Assembly (NCBI GenBank): GCA_028534125.1
Contig: CM052816.1
Location: forward strand, 26,104,001 to 26,168,000
DNA from: Lama glama
Lineage: Eukaryota
Reading direction: 5' to 3'
DNA length: 64,000 nucleotides
Part shown: in pieces, positions 1-10,899 of the stretch
How the letters are laid out: every line of letters starts with the position of its first letter
How positions within the stretch are numbered: the first letter of the stretch is position 1
Notes under the pieces: model-generated
Seen by the model: only the letters and a program-made list of their open reading frames with translations
What the model was told of the DNA's origin: nothing
Databases searched by the model: none
Translations under genes and position numbers: made by a program

Positions 1-365
1 TCTTTCTCTTTCTGGCTTTTACTTCACTTAGAATGATGATCTCCAGGTCCATCCATGTTGCTGCAAATGGCATTATTTCCTTCTTTTTTTATGACCGAGT
101 AGTATTCCATTGTATAATTATACCATGTCTTCTTTTATCCAGTCATCTGTTGATGGACATTTCAATTGTTTCCATGTCCTGGCTATTGTAAATAGTGCTG
201 CTGTGAACATTGGTGTACACGAGTCTTTTTGAATTAGTGTTCCTTTTGGATATATGCCTGGGAATGAGATTGCTGGATTACATGTAAGTCTGTTTTTACT
301 TTTTTAAGGACTTTCCCTACTGTATTATATACAGTGCTTCAGTGAACATTAGGGTACATGTGTCT
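1..365 (-). mobile_element. L1 3' end fragment (lineage-specific)
   Basis: Antisense L1 ORF2-end/3'UTR text (ctccaggtccatccatgttgctgcaaatggc...gtagtattccattgt...gatggacattt); closely similar to the copy at 30590-30740. Confidence 0.9.
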
Positions 366-899
366 GGAAAATACAGTTTTTTAAAGGGTATTATTTTCTG
401 CCTATGTGATCTTTCTTGAAGACTCAGAGGGAAATTCAAGAATGTTGTGCGTCAATTAGTATGTCTAAGTACTCCTTCAGAAGAAAGAAAAACTGTTTTG
501 AATGCACATTGAATCAGAGAAAACTGGGGCTCTTAAAATAAGAACTGACATACAGCTTAGGAAGTATGACTGGTCAGTCCGTTGAGATGAGAGCTGTGTC
601 TCTTGTTGCTTTCCTTCTCTTGTCCAGTGTGAGTTCCCCCCCATTATTCACAGGGTTTGCCCTCTGCTCATGTGAAGATAGAAAGCTTATCTTTCCATAG
701 TCCTTACAGGTATGCAGGTTGATATAACCAAATAAAGAAAAAAAGTGATAGTGCCAGAGCTGGTAGTGGAAGGGCAGTAGTTGGGGAAAATCAGGTGAAT
801 TGGATGTAAAAGACTGTGGTGGACACTAGAGAAAGCATGTGTGGAGGCTTGCCTCTAAAGCTGCTGAGGTGAGGCCAGGAGAAAATTCTAGTGAAGAAA

Positions 900-1925
900 T
901 AAACCTATGCTCTTCTCCTCCTCCCATCCCAGGACAAGCTTCAGTGGTTTTTGTGGGGAGACAGGTTAGGACATAGGAGACTTCTTTTATTCTCATGTTT
1001 GTTGGTCTTCTGAGTTGATCAGTATCAAGTCACTTGCAAAGAAGATGGCAGCTCTGCATTCAGATGAGTGCTGCGAGACATTTAGGAAGAAGGGAAGCAG
1101 ATCAGAGCTGCTGTATCTTACTGTACGTTAGATTAAGCAGCCCGGTGTCAGGGCTTCTCATAAAGGTCAAGTAGTTACTAGTCTGGGTGCCATCTATCAG
1201 TGTCTGAGGTTATGTTCTTACTCAAGATTTCCTTTAATCAAAAAATTCAATGGATACAAATTTCAGTTTAGGACGATACCAGGCTTTCCCATAATGCATA
1301 ACCCTCCAGAAGTATTTCAGAGAATGTCACAAATGGTTTGTTTGGGAAACTTCCTCCCCAAATGTCAACTGGATCAGAGTTTGCTGTGAAATCAGAACAT
1401 GTGAGAGTAATCATATCTGCTAAGAAAATGATAGTTTGGAATCCCCACTTTCCAAAACATTTCACAATTTCCATTGTGTTTTCTTTCCCCGCTGAGAACA
1501 CTGTATCCTATGGTATCTCTGTCTAGTTACAAATGGCCTCCAGGCTATATTCTACAGCTCAGTCAGCATGCTGCCCAACAAAAGTTAAATTCATTTATAA
1601 TACATCTCAGGTATTTGGCAGGGACTTATCAATATGCTTTGGTTTATCAAACAGAAAGATTAACATCTAGTTTGTGTGTTTTTTTTTCTCTAACACAGAT
1701 GTATCTTTAAAAACATCTAGACATCTTGTTCAAATATTTTTGCGCAACATTGGATATTGTTCCAGAAAAGGTATGAAAGAGGCTCTGTGAAATATTTTGG
1801 TGTGGTCTAATGAGTCACACAAAGAGCAGCACACAGAAACACCTTGCAATTTTTCAACACATCAAAAACGTGTTCAGATCATTAAAGGAAAAAGAATTGG
1901 AAACATGCCATGCCTATTTTTTGTT
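900..1925 (+). mobile_element. Decayed Ty3/Gypsy (sushi-like) element A, 5' part: gag C-terminus/CCHC, protease, RT palm
   Basis: Manual translation: IQMSAARH plus a degraded LCLYC (~1058-1130, cf. the PEG10/sushi gag end); IV-GIP..HN (~1430-1470); HLRYLAGTY (~1603, cf. KLDLRGAY); NILVWSNESHKEQH (1791, cf. DILIFS..EEH); QHIKNVFRSLKEKELETC (1855, cf. HVR.VL.RL.E..L..K.EKC). Many stops and frameshifts. Confidence 0.55.
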
Positions 1926-2059
1926 TGTTAGCAAATTTTGGCAGTAGTCCCAATTGTTTACACGGGGGAGCATGAGTCAATCTTATTTAACATGATGTCA
2001 ATGTGTTTTGAAAAAAAAATGTGTAGAGTATATCATGAAATCATGCTCTGCCACTAGAA

Positions 2060-2230
2060 TTAGATGGTGTCAGAACTAAAAGAGCTGAGAGGGTATCCAG
2101 CTTAATACTCATTTAAATGATGAGAAAACTGGGGTCCAAACTTGTGAAATGACAAGATCAAATAGCTAGTAATTTGCAGACCTTAAGTGAATCTGATCTT
2201 ATCGTCTTTGTCTACTATTCTTTCTACTTT
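2060..2230. mobile_element. MIR fragment
   Basis: Core-like ctcatttaaatgatgagaaaactggggtcc. Confidence 0.6.
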
Positions 2231-3979
2231 TCCATAAAGACCGTGATATATTCTCTCTGTGGACCTTCTCCTCACATTTAAAAGACCACTTTGGATAATA
2301 CCTCTATTGAGTCAATCAAAGTTTATCAGACTATCCAATAAAAGACTGAAAATTAAAACCAAGGCTAAATTATTACCCAGCCAATAGAACCTCTTCATCT
2401 CTTTCATTAAGCTAAAAAATTAAAACAACTCTTCACGTAAGTAGGAAAAATTTATGTTTTCTCTGAAGTTTACTTCATGATTCTTGACTGAATTTGACCT
2501 GACTTAGAACCCCTTTCTGTGACAGGGAAATAAATTTTAAGGGAAGAGCAATATTGTAGATCAGGGAGAGTATTAAAACCTTCCAAAGGGGAATTTGAAT
2601 GTCTTGAATCAGAATACTTAAAAGGAACCATGTTTGGATCCTGACATACCAAGGGATGGAGAAGAGAGAAATTTCTATATGAGCTTTGGTCATAGTAAGC
2701 AAGATTGCCTTTCTCAAATCTTTAGAGTCAGTAGTGGATGTGAGAAGGACCTGGGTCTAAACCTGAATGTGTCAGACAAGCTGTGCTTTTAAACTTGAGT
2801 GTTAATTTCTTTACCGAAAAAATGTTTAAAACAATTATTGACCTCATGGTGTTGCAGTAAGCTCTTGGCAAATATAAGTTACATTTTTATACACTAACAA
2901 CAAACTATTGGCAAAAGAAATTAAGAATCCCACTTAGATAAGCACCAAAAAGAATAAAATGCTTAGGACTATTGAACCAAGGAGTTGAAAGATCTGTACG
3001 CTGAAAACGAAAAAATATTAATTAAAGAAATTGAAGAAGACACAAATATATGAAAAGATATTCTGTGCTCATGGATTGGCAGAATTAATATTGGAAAAAT
3101 GTCCGTAATAGCCAAAGCAGTCCACTGATGCAGTGCAATCCCTGTCAAAATTTAATGTCATTTTTTTTACAGAAATAAATAAAACAAACCTAAAATTTGT
3201 ATGGAATTACAAAAGAACTTGAATAGCTAAAACAAATTTGAGGAAGAAAAACAAAGCTGTAGGCATTTTACTTCTTGATTTCAAGCTATATTACAAAGCT
3301 ATAGTAATAAAAACCGTATGCTTTTAGCATAAAAACAGACACAGAGATCAACGGAACAGAATAGTGAGCCCAGAAATAAATCCATGCATTTATGGTCAGC
3401 TAATTTTCGACAAAGGAACCAAGGATATACAATGGGAAAAGTAGTCTCTTCAACATATGGTGTTAGGAAAATTGGATATCCATATGCAAAAGAATGAAAC
3501 TGGACCGCTAATTTACACCATACACAAAAGCAATTCAAAATGGATTAAAGACTTGATTATAAGACCTGAAACCACAGAAGTCTAGAGGAAAACATAGAGG
3601 GTAAGCTCCTTGATATTGTTCTTGGCAATAATTTTTTGGACTTGATATCAAAAGTAAAGGTAACAAAAGCAAAAATAAACAGTGGGACTACATTAAACCA
3701 GAAAGCTTCTGCACAGCAAAGGAAACTGTCTGCAAAATAAAAAGACAATCTGAATTGGGAAAATATATTTGCAAACCTCATTTTCAATAAGGGAGTTAAT
3801 ATCCAAAATATACAAGGAACTCATATAATTCAGTAGCAAAAAACTTAAATAAGTCATATAAAAAATGGACAAAACTGAAAAGAAGTTTTCCCAAAGAAGA
3901 CACACAGATGGCCAGTAGGCACATGAAAAGATGCTCAGCATCTCTAATCATCAGGGAAATGCAAATCAAAATCACAGTG

Positions 3980-4078
3980 GTGGTGGGGAGCATATAGCTC
4001 AGTGATAGAGTACATACTTAGTGTTCCTGGGTTCAATCCCCAGTACCTCCATTAAAACAAAACAAAACAAAACAAAAC
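3980..4078 (+). mobile_element. tRNA-derived SINE (camelid vic-1-like)
   Basis: A box tagctcagtgatagag, B box gggttcaatccc, (AAAAC)n tail; TSD aaaatcaca(g/a)tg at 3968-3979 and 4079-4090. Confidence 0.9.
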
Positions 4079-4727
4079 AAAATCACAATGAGATGTTACC
4101 CTACTCTTGTTAGGATGTCTGTTACCAAAATAACAAAAGATAACATACTGGTGAGGATGTGGAAAAAGGATTCACTTGTGCATTACTGGTGGGAATGTAA
4201 ATTGGTGCAGCCAAGATGGAAAACAGTTTGGAGGTTCCTAAAAAAAAAAAAAAAAAAAAAAAAAAAGTAGAACTACCGTATAATCCAGGAATCTTACCTC
4301 TGGGTGTATATCCAGAGTAAACAAAATCCCTGTCGTGATGAGATATCTGTTTTCATTACAGCATTCCTCACTATAGCCAGGATATGGAAACTATCTATAG
4401 ACTGATGAGTGAAGAAATAGACAATGGCATATCCAGGCTTCTGAAAGAAAGCCCTGCCATTTGCAATAACATGGATGAAACAGGAGAACATTATGCTAAG
4501 TGAAATTAGCCAGAAAGAGAAATACAAATACTATATGGTTTCATTTATACATAAAATTTTAAAAAGTTGAACTTGTGGAACCGGAGAGTAGAACCATGAT
4601 GACCAGAGGCCAGAGGGTGGGGAAAACGGGAAGGGTTTGGTCGAAGGGTACAAACTTGCAGTTAGAAGATGAGTAACTTCTGGGGAGGTAACGTACAGCA
4701 CAGTGACTAGAGGTAATACTCTATTGT

Positions 4728-5102
4728 GCCTTCCTAACTGGTCTGCCACCCTTACCACCTACAGTCTGTTCTCAGCAGAGTAGCCAGAGCAATCATTTTA
4801 TAAAAATAACTAATAAACAGAAACCTTAATGGAGTTGGGAGACTAGAAAGGGGAGCTCGTACACCCTACAATGATAGCAGAGACCAGAAGGAAGAAGAAA
4901 TAATCCTTTTCTTGCCAAGAGCTCAGCCAATGAAACGCCACGGACTCTTTGTTTACTGCAGCCCTCCCAGCTTCCTTTTCCCCTCAATAAAAGTACTCTT
5001 TCACTTTCTGTGTGGAAACTTGCATGTTGGCTCACCAGAGTTGCAGACACCAAACTGCAATTCTCTGCTGATCCTGAATAAACCCACCTTAGCTGGAAAA
5101 GA
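4728..5102 (+). pseudogene. Retroposed non-coding RNA 3' end (L2 fragment plus ERV LTR ending at its polyA site)
   Basis: L2-like 4730-4810, LTR-like 4812-5096 with CCAAT and AATAAA (5077-5082), short A-rich tail; flanked by aata(c/t)tctattgt at 4715-4727 and 5103-5115; the host L1 3'UTR resumes after it. Confidence 0.7.
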
Positions 5103-5194
5103 AATATTCTATTGTATTCTTGACATTTGCTAAGAGATTAGATCTTAAGTGTTTTCACCCCCCTCAAAAGTAACTATGAAAAAAACCTTCAAGT

Positions 5195-5920
5195 TGATAA
5201 CACTTCACACACATTATGATGGCCAAGTCAAAAGGACAGATAATAACAAGGGGTGGGGAAATGTGCAAAAATTAGAACCCTCATGTATCACTGATAGGAA
5301 TTTAAATTAGGGTAGCCACTTTGAAAAACAGTTTGGCAGTTTCTTAAAAATTTCAAAATATAGTTACTGTATAATCCAACAATGCCACATTTAGACATAT
5401 ACTCAAGAAAACTGAAATAGGTTCATACAGAATCTTCTACAGGAATATTCAAAGTAGCATTTGTCATAAGAGCCTAAAAAGTGGAAACAACCCTCATGTC
5501 TGTCAACTGACAAATAGATAAATAAATGTGGTCTATCCATACAATGGAATATTATTCAGCAATAAAAAAGAATGAAGGAATAATGTATGCTGCCACATGA
5601 ATGAATCTTAACATTATGCCAAGTAAAAGAAGCCAGACATAAAGGCATGTATTATATGATTCTACTCATATGAAATGTCCAAACAGGCGAATTCATAGAG
5701 ATCGAAAGTACATTAGTAGTCCTAGGGCTGTGAGGGAAATAGGTTGGGAGGTGATGACTAAGGGTGTAGGATTTCTTTTTAGGTGGTAAAAATGTTGGAA
5801 ATGGACTTGTGATGGATGCACAAGTCTGTGAATATGCTAAAAACCATTTAATTGTACATTATACATGAATAAATTGTGTGATAAATGAATTATATTTCAA
5901 TAGAACTATTTAAAAAAAAA
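5195..5920 (+). mobile_element. L1 3' end (L1MB-like)
   Basis: ORF2 end and 3'UTR (ggtctatccatacaatggaatattattcagcaataaaaaagaatgaa...gaattatatttcaat) with polyA. Confidence 0.9.
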
Positions 5921-6265
5921 GGAGAGACGAAGGCATTGGCTCAAGATATTATCATGTCAAAAGCTGATCTAGTACAAATGGTATTAAGATGTTGAGGACA
6001 GAAATTGTCGTAAAGAGAGTAATCTGCCCAGAATGCAGAATATGGGCATTGGAGGTAAAAGCACTGGAGGTTTGTGTTCATTATTAACCAGGAAAGTTGT
6101 GATCTAGGCTCATAAAAATGGCTTATGGTCATTGAGGATGGTCTTAGTTGCTAGGGATGCACCAGGATGATGTTGATTCCGTTTAACACCCATCCCAATG
6201 ATCTGCCTCTTTGCCACTCAAGTTGCTGGGTGCTGTAGAGTGAGGTAGTGCTGGTCAGTGATCTT

Positions 6266-7537
6266 CTGAGGCTTTATCTGATTATTTCTTTTGGAACATA
6301 GTCTGTTTCTTCATTTTGTTTGACTCAGTGTTGGCTCCTATGTGTTAGATAAAACAGCTGCCTCTCCCAGTCTTGAAGGAGTGGCCTTGTATAGGCGACG
6401 AACCTTATCTTTCAAACTTTCTCAGCTCTTGGTTGTTTCTCAAACCTTTGTGATTGTCCAAGCAGCCTATTTCATGTTTAATGTCTCGCAGTAGTTGAAA
6501 GTGTGCCAAGAACTGTCAGTATCTCAACAAGGAGGTCCTCAGTCAGCACTAGATTCAGGCTGATTGAAAGCTAGACCCTTAGGCAGCAGCTTTTAAAGAA
6601 TGCAAATGTATACAGTCCTATAGGACTGCGAGCATCAGCCCCACAGACCACCAGTGCCAGGTGATCTAGAGGGGTCCCTGGTGACAGTCACAAAAACCGG
6701 GGGGCCAGAAACATGGAACAACTCCCCTCTGGGAAATAGTGGTGCCTCGGGCTACAGCTCAGGGAAAGTTGCAAAGATGGAGCCCACTGACTGGAGCGAG
6801 GCAGAGGGAGAATGTAAAGATACTACCTGCTAGAAAAGAAAAAGAAAAAAAAAAAAAAGAAAAGGAAAAAGCCTAGAGTTTTAAAAGCTTAAAAGAAAAG
6901 AAAAAGATAAAAAAGAAAAGAAAAAGAGGGCACCTCCTGGCTGGAACGAGGCAGAGAGAAAGTGCAAAGATGGTGCCTACCTGTCTCCATGCCTAGGGAG
7001 CACCCGATAGGCCCCCAAATGTGTGTCACGTCAGACGACTGCCCATCAGGTCAACATGCCATGATAGCAAATGAGCCTCTCCCACTCCGCATCCAGGCGC
7101 CCCTAGATCAGGTGCTTCCGTGCTGGGCCCCAGGGCGGGGAGGGTCTGTTCAGGGCCATTGAAGAGCTGTTCCTCAGGTGGTTGTAGCCTCGAGAGCCTC
7201 AGGGACTCAAGCTTTGTTGGTTTTCAAAACTAGGTGTTTAGGAGGCTCATCTCTCAGGTGCCCAATGTGGGGTTCAAACCCTACTCTCCTCAGGGAAAAG
7301 ATCCAGGGTTTGAGTTCCATCCCAGCTGGGGGTTGCTGAGCCCAGGGCTGGGGTTTATGGTGGGACTGTGTCCCAGCCTCTCCTGTTCTGTCTGATTTGG
7401 GCCTTACCTTGTCTGCCTGATGTTACTCAGCCAGTTTTGTTGAGAAGAAATTGTCCCATACGTAGCTGTAGGTTCAGTGTGTTTGTAGGATGCTGTGCAC
7501 TCGGAATTGTCTTCCATCGCCATCTTGAATGAGAACC
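6266..7537 (-). mobile_element. L1 5'UTR plus the first codons of ORF1, 3'-truncated
   Basis: YY1-type start caagatggcg on the - strand (~7518-7527); ORF1 start MKKQTMFQKK*SDKASE from the ATG at 6314; TSD ct(g/a)gtcagtg(a/t)tctt at 6251-6265 and 7538-7552. Confidence 0.85.
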
Positions 7538-7585
7538 CTAGTCAGTGTTCTTGACAGCAGATTTCTCACCATTAATTAAGAAATT

Positions 7586-7690
7586 GGGGTGGGGGGAAGG
7601 AATACAGCTCAGTGGCAGAGCACATGCCTGGTCTGCACAGGGTCCTGGGTCCAATCCCCAGTACCTCCAGTGAAAAACAAACTAACAAAT
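7586..7690 (+). mobile_element. tRNA-derived SINE (vic-1-like)
   Basis: cagctcagtggcagag...gtcctgggtccaatccccagtacctcc plus A-rich tail. Confidence 0.85.
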
Positions 7691-7749
7691 CACACACATT
7701 TAGACTCTTTCATGGGTAGTGGGAGGAGGTGGATCAGAGAAAGGGGAGG

Positions 7750-8280
7750 GAGCCAACGTTTACTCAAGATCAGACGCTATACGTGATGTACTCTATTACA
7801 GGCTTTCTGCCTACCTTTTAATTATCGCAATCACACTGTGAGATAAGGATTATTATTTTCAATTTAGAATTGAGTAAATTGAAGCTGAAAAAGAACAGCA
7901 GGTTGGTGGTCACCAAGCCTACAAACAGCAGCAGTAGAACACAGGCCGACCTTAGAAACATCGTGTGTTTGGTTCCAGATTGCCATGATAAGCTGAATAT
8001 CACAGTAAAGCAAATCACACGAATTTTTCAGTTTACCAGTGACTATAAAAGTTATATTTACACTATTGTCTATTAAGTGTGCAGTAAGTCTAAAAAAAGT
8101 CTATTTCTTAACTTTAATATACTCTATTGCTAAAAAAATTGCTAATTAACTGACCACACGCCATTGCCACAAACCTTCAATTTGTAAAAACTGCGATGTC
8201 TGTGAAGTACAACAGGGTAAGCGCAATAAAACGAGGTATGCCTGTGTAAAACCAGGTTTGTTTCTTGTCCAAACCTTTGA
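7750..8280. mobile_element. MIR interrupted by a Tigger1 derivative
   Basis: MIR core-like ctgtgagataaggattattattttcaatttagaattgagtaaattgaagctg. Confidence 0.6.
7942..8244 (-). mobile_element. Tigger1 internal-deletion derivative (MITE)
   Basis: Both Tigger1 termini present: caggccgaccttagaaacatcgtgtgtttggttccaga... and ...gcgcaataaaacgaggtatgcctg. Confidence 0.9.
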
Positions 8281-9459
8281 CTTGTTCACTGAAATGTCCG
8301 TTAATGTGATTCAAAATTCCAAATTTGAACCAGCATAGGAAATCGACAAACTCGAGTATGGGGCCTGCAGAACTGAGGGCCAACAAAATCGCCATACAGA
8401 TACTGACCAAAGTAATGCTGCCCTGATGAGTCAGGTTTGTCTAATCAGATTTACCGCTGATGAAGAGGATGAGGTCATGTGCTGTGGCCTGGAGACGGGG
8501 ACCCAGGGGGATCTTACTGACCGTTAACCTCACCTTCCCTTGCTGAACCCCTCTGATTGTCCTCCCTCGCAGATGGTCAAAGTACCAGCCATAACAGTTA
8601 GACGCCCTGCTTGCTTCCCAGGTCCCCACTGGCACCCAGGGACTGCTTTGTGTGACAGGGATCCAGGCAGCTGCTGTGAGCTTGGAGGTCAGACTGTTAA
8701 GGGCCCAGGACTTGAGGACACCTGCCTCTTGCATGTAAAGACGGAACAAATGACAACATTTGTTGCCTTGGATCTGAGCAGCCCAGGCAGCATGTGTGAG
8801 GGCCTCACAAGCCTGTTTCCTTCATGAGCATGAGTCCCTCTTTTCATATCTGGAGCAGGGAACAGATGTTTCATCAAAAGACACATTTAAAATAAAGATA
8901 ATTATGCAGTGAGAGGCTTAATTACATCAGCCTATTCAGGTCCACTTAATTGCCTGACAGCCCGCGTGCCTCCCACTTACTTGCGACAGAGGCTCTCGTG
9001 CTTTGCTGGTTTATCAGATCCTTTGATGGTTCGAGGAAGATGTTATTGACTTAGCAATTCGGAAAATATCAATTCCTTGTATACAGCTGGTAGAGGAAAA
9101 TGTAAATATTTTTAACAAGCAATAAAGAATCATCACTTTCCTGGAGGTGGCTTATGGTGTCCTATAAATGATTAATAACCAGAATGACTTAGAGAGGTAA
9201 GCCTGAACAAGATATTTCATCTTTAGTTGTCTCTTGGTTGTATTTGAAACCTTCCTGTCAAATTAAAATCCCAGGGAGAAGGTGATTTGCTAATTTAAGG
9301 AGGCCATTTGAGTCATGTGACAATGGCAATTGACCAAAAAAAAAAAAAAAAAAACAGCTTTATGAGGCTATTTCCATCTCTCCTTAACTTTAAAGGATTA
9401 GATTAGCTCTGCTTCAGACTAATGTCCTATCTCTCTTTTATTCCCCCTAGACCACCCGT

Positions 9460-10810
9460 CTTTTTGAAGTCACTGCCTTTATTTTCTTTCACCATTCATT
9501 TCCTCCGCCAGACCTTGCATCCTGACTCCTGCCCACACCAGTCTTGTGAAAACAAATGTCAAAAGCCTGCTTCTTTTTAGTCTTGATCCCATGACGTGGT
9601 CTGGAGCATTCTGTAAAATCCTTCCACCATGGCTTCCAGGATATTACACCCTCCTGGATTTACCCTGGAATCAGCCAGGATCCCAGCAGGAAACAGATGG
9701 CACATTCACACTGAGTGATTGAAGGGAGTGTAACCTAGGGGCCCTGTACAAAGATTGGGGTAGCCAGAGTGGGATGGGACAGCTCTCTGGGACTAGAGAC
9801 AGGGGGAGCTGTGACTACCACTGGAGCGAGAGGCAGGAGCAGTTAGCTAATCCACTGAGCTGTGGATTTCTGAGAGAAATGTAGCTAACCTGAGATGACC
9901 CCCTAGGGAGGGAGTTAGGGAAGTAAATACCCCAACATCATGGTCTTTCCAGTCTCTGATCTCTGCCAGAGCTTCCTATTGGCCAAATCAGACCCACTGC
10001 CAGAGGACAAGGGAACCAGTGGAAACAGCTCACGCAGATCAGCCTCCCTAAGCACAGAGCTGGGTAGAAAGGGGATTTGGAATGGCCAGTGGAAAATACT
10101 CACTACATTCCTATCTCTCTTGTGTTTTCCTTTTAGTCTCACTCTTGGCACTTCTATCATCATTTCTGTAAGTATAGTGCTCCTAGGGCTCTGTGTACCC
10201 CTCTTCTCCTTGCTCTCGACAGTCTTACCTGGTTCTTGTCTTCCAACATCGTTGCTTTGTTGTTGGTTTCCAAGTCCCTATCTCTAGTTGTTTTCTTCCA
10301 AGCTCCATTTGTTGGGTGTGTCTGTATTAAATAACTCGCCACTATGTCCATTTTAACACATTCAAATGGAAGTCATCTGCTCCATTTGGTTCTCTCTGAA
10401 CTCTACCCTGGGTTATTCTTCTTCTCACAGAGACTTAGGCTAGCATCCTCACACTCGTCTTTGTTTCCTCCCTCTTATCCAGCCAATTGGCTACTAAGTT
10501 CTGTAAATTCATCTCCAAATTCTCTCCAATATTCCCTCCCTCCTTTGTCGGCAAGGCCATAAGTCATACTCTCATTTTTTCTTATAGGCACTTTTCTATA
10601 ATAATGTCCTTGCTGCTAGTCTTTAACTTTTACATTGTGTTCGCCACACTGCTTCTGAAGTTGTCTTTTCTAAAGCAGTTCACATTTTCTTAAACTCTTA
10701 AGTAAAAGCCTTCATTGTCTTAATGTTATCTAAAGAATAAGCTCAGTAGTGTAGGAGAAATTTTATAGCCCATTTCATCGTAGACCCAACCTATCTTTCC
10801 ATTCTCAGAG
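9460..10810 (+). mobile_element. L2 fragments interrupted by an LTR
   Basis: Pyrimidine-rich L2 ORF2/3' text (catggcttccaggatattacaccctcctgg; gttctgtaaattcatctcc; ttgtcttttctaaa). Confidence 0.65.
9665..10106 (-). mobile_element. Old ERVL-class solo LTR
   Basis: ggatcccagcaggaaacagatggcacattcac...cctattggccaaatcagacccactgccagaggacaaggga...tcagcctccc; subfamily not assigned. Confidence 0.7.
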
Positions 10811-10899
10811 CTTAGTATACATCCTTTTGAGTAATTCATACTTCATACCTCCCTTCCTCTGTCTTCTCTCTTCCTTTAAACTAAGATATGCAAATGCAA

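Larger units (their letters stand above)
2880..5185 (+). mobile_element. 5'-truncated L1 (ORF2 C-terminal part plus L1MA-like 3'UTR) carrying two internal insertions
   Basis: Typical ORF2 text (aaagaaattgaagaagacacaaat...ggattggcagaattaatatt...cagggaaatgcaaatcaaaa) and 3'UTR (tttgctaagagattagatcttaagtgttttcacc). Confidence 0.95.
2240..9440 (+). mobile_element. Decayed Ty3/Gypsy element B (protease end, RT, RNase H, integrase), split by later MIR/L1/SINE/Tigger insertions
   Basis: Collinear motifs: YVFSE (2453), DREINF (2521), SKGEFECLESEYL (2582), IMSKADL (5951), SAQNAEYGHW (6023), VIEDGL (6128, YLDD position), EVDQRK (7726), GPAEL (8361), EVMCCGLETG..LTDR (8471-8524), CFPGPHWHPGTAL (8612, cf. 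YRPG..N.KADAL), VPPTYLR (8965), GLWCP..P..VSLNKIFHL*LSLG (9148-9238, cf. GLLQPLP..PW..ISMDFI..LP.S.G), SD*CP (9414). Confidence 0.7.

Noticed and set aside
380..900. Further gag (capsid) sequence of Gypsy element A
   Set aside because: Only faint similarity (AYVIFLE..KTVLN), not enough to support a call
1268..1501. Minus-strand ORF vaguely resembling a LINE endonuclease
   Set aside because: Isolated similarity; the + strand gives a longer collinear Gypsy series
3980..4055. tRNA gene
   Set aside because: A/B boxes belong to a SINE with tail and TSD; no intact cloverleaf. The same applies at 7586 and 46799
4240..4266. PolyA tract as a separate retrocopy tail
   Set aside because: Sits at an A-rich position of L1 ORF2 with L1 continuing on both sides; simple expansion
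3299..4758. Several minus-strand ORFs
   Set aside because: Antisense reading of L1 ORF2/3'UTR
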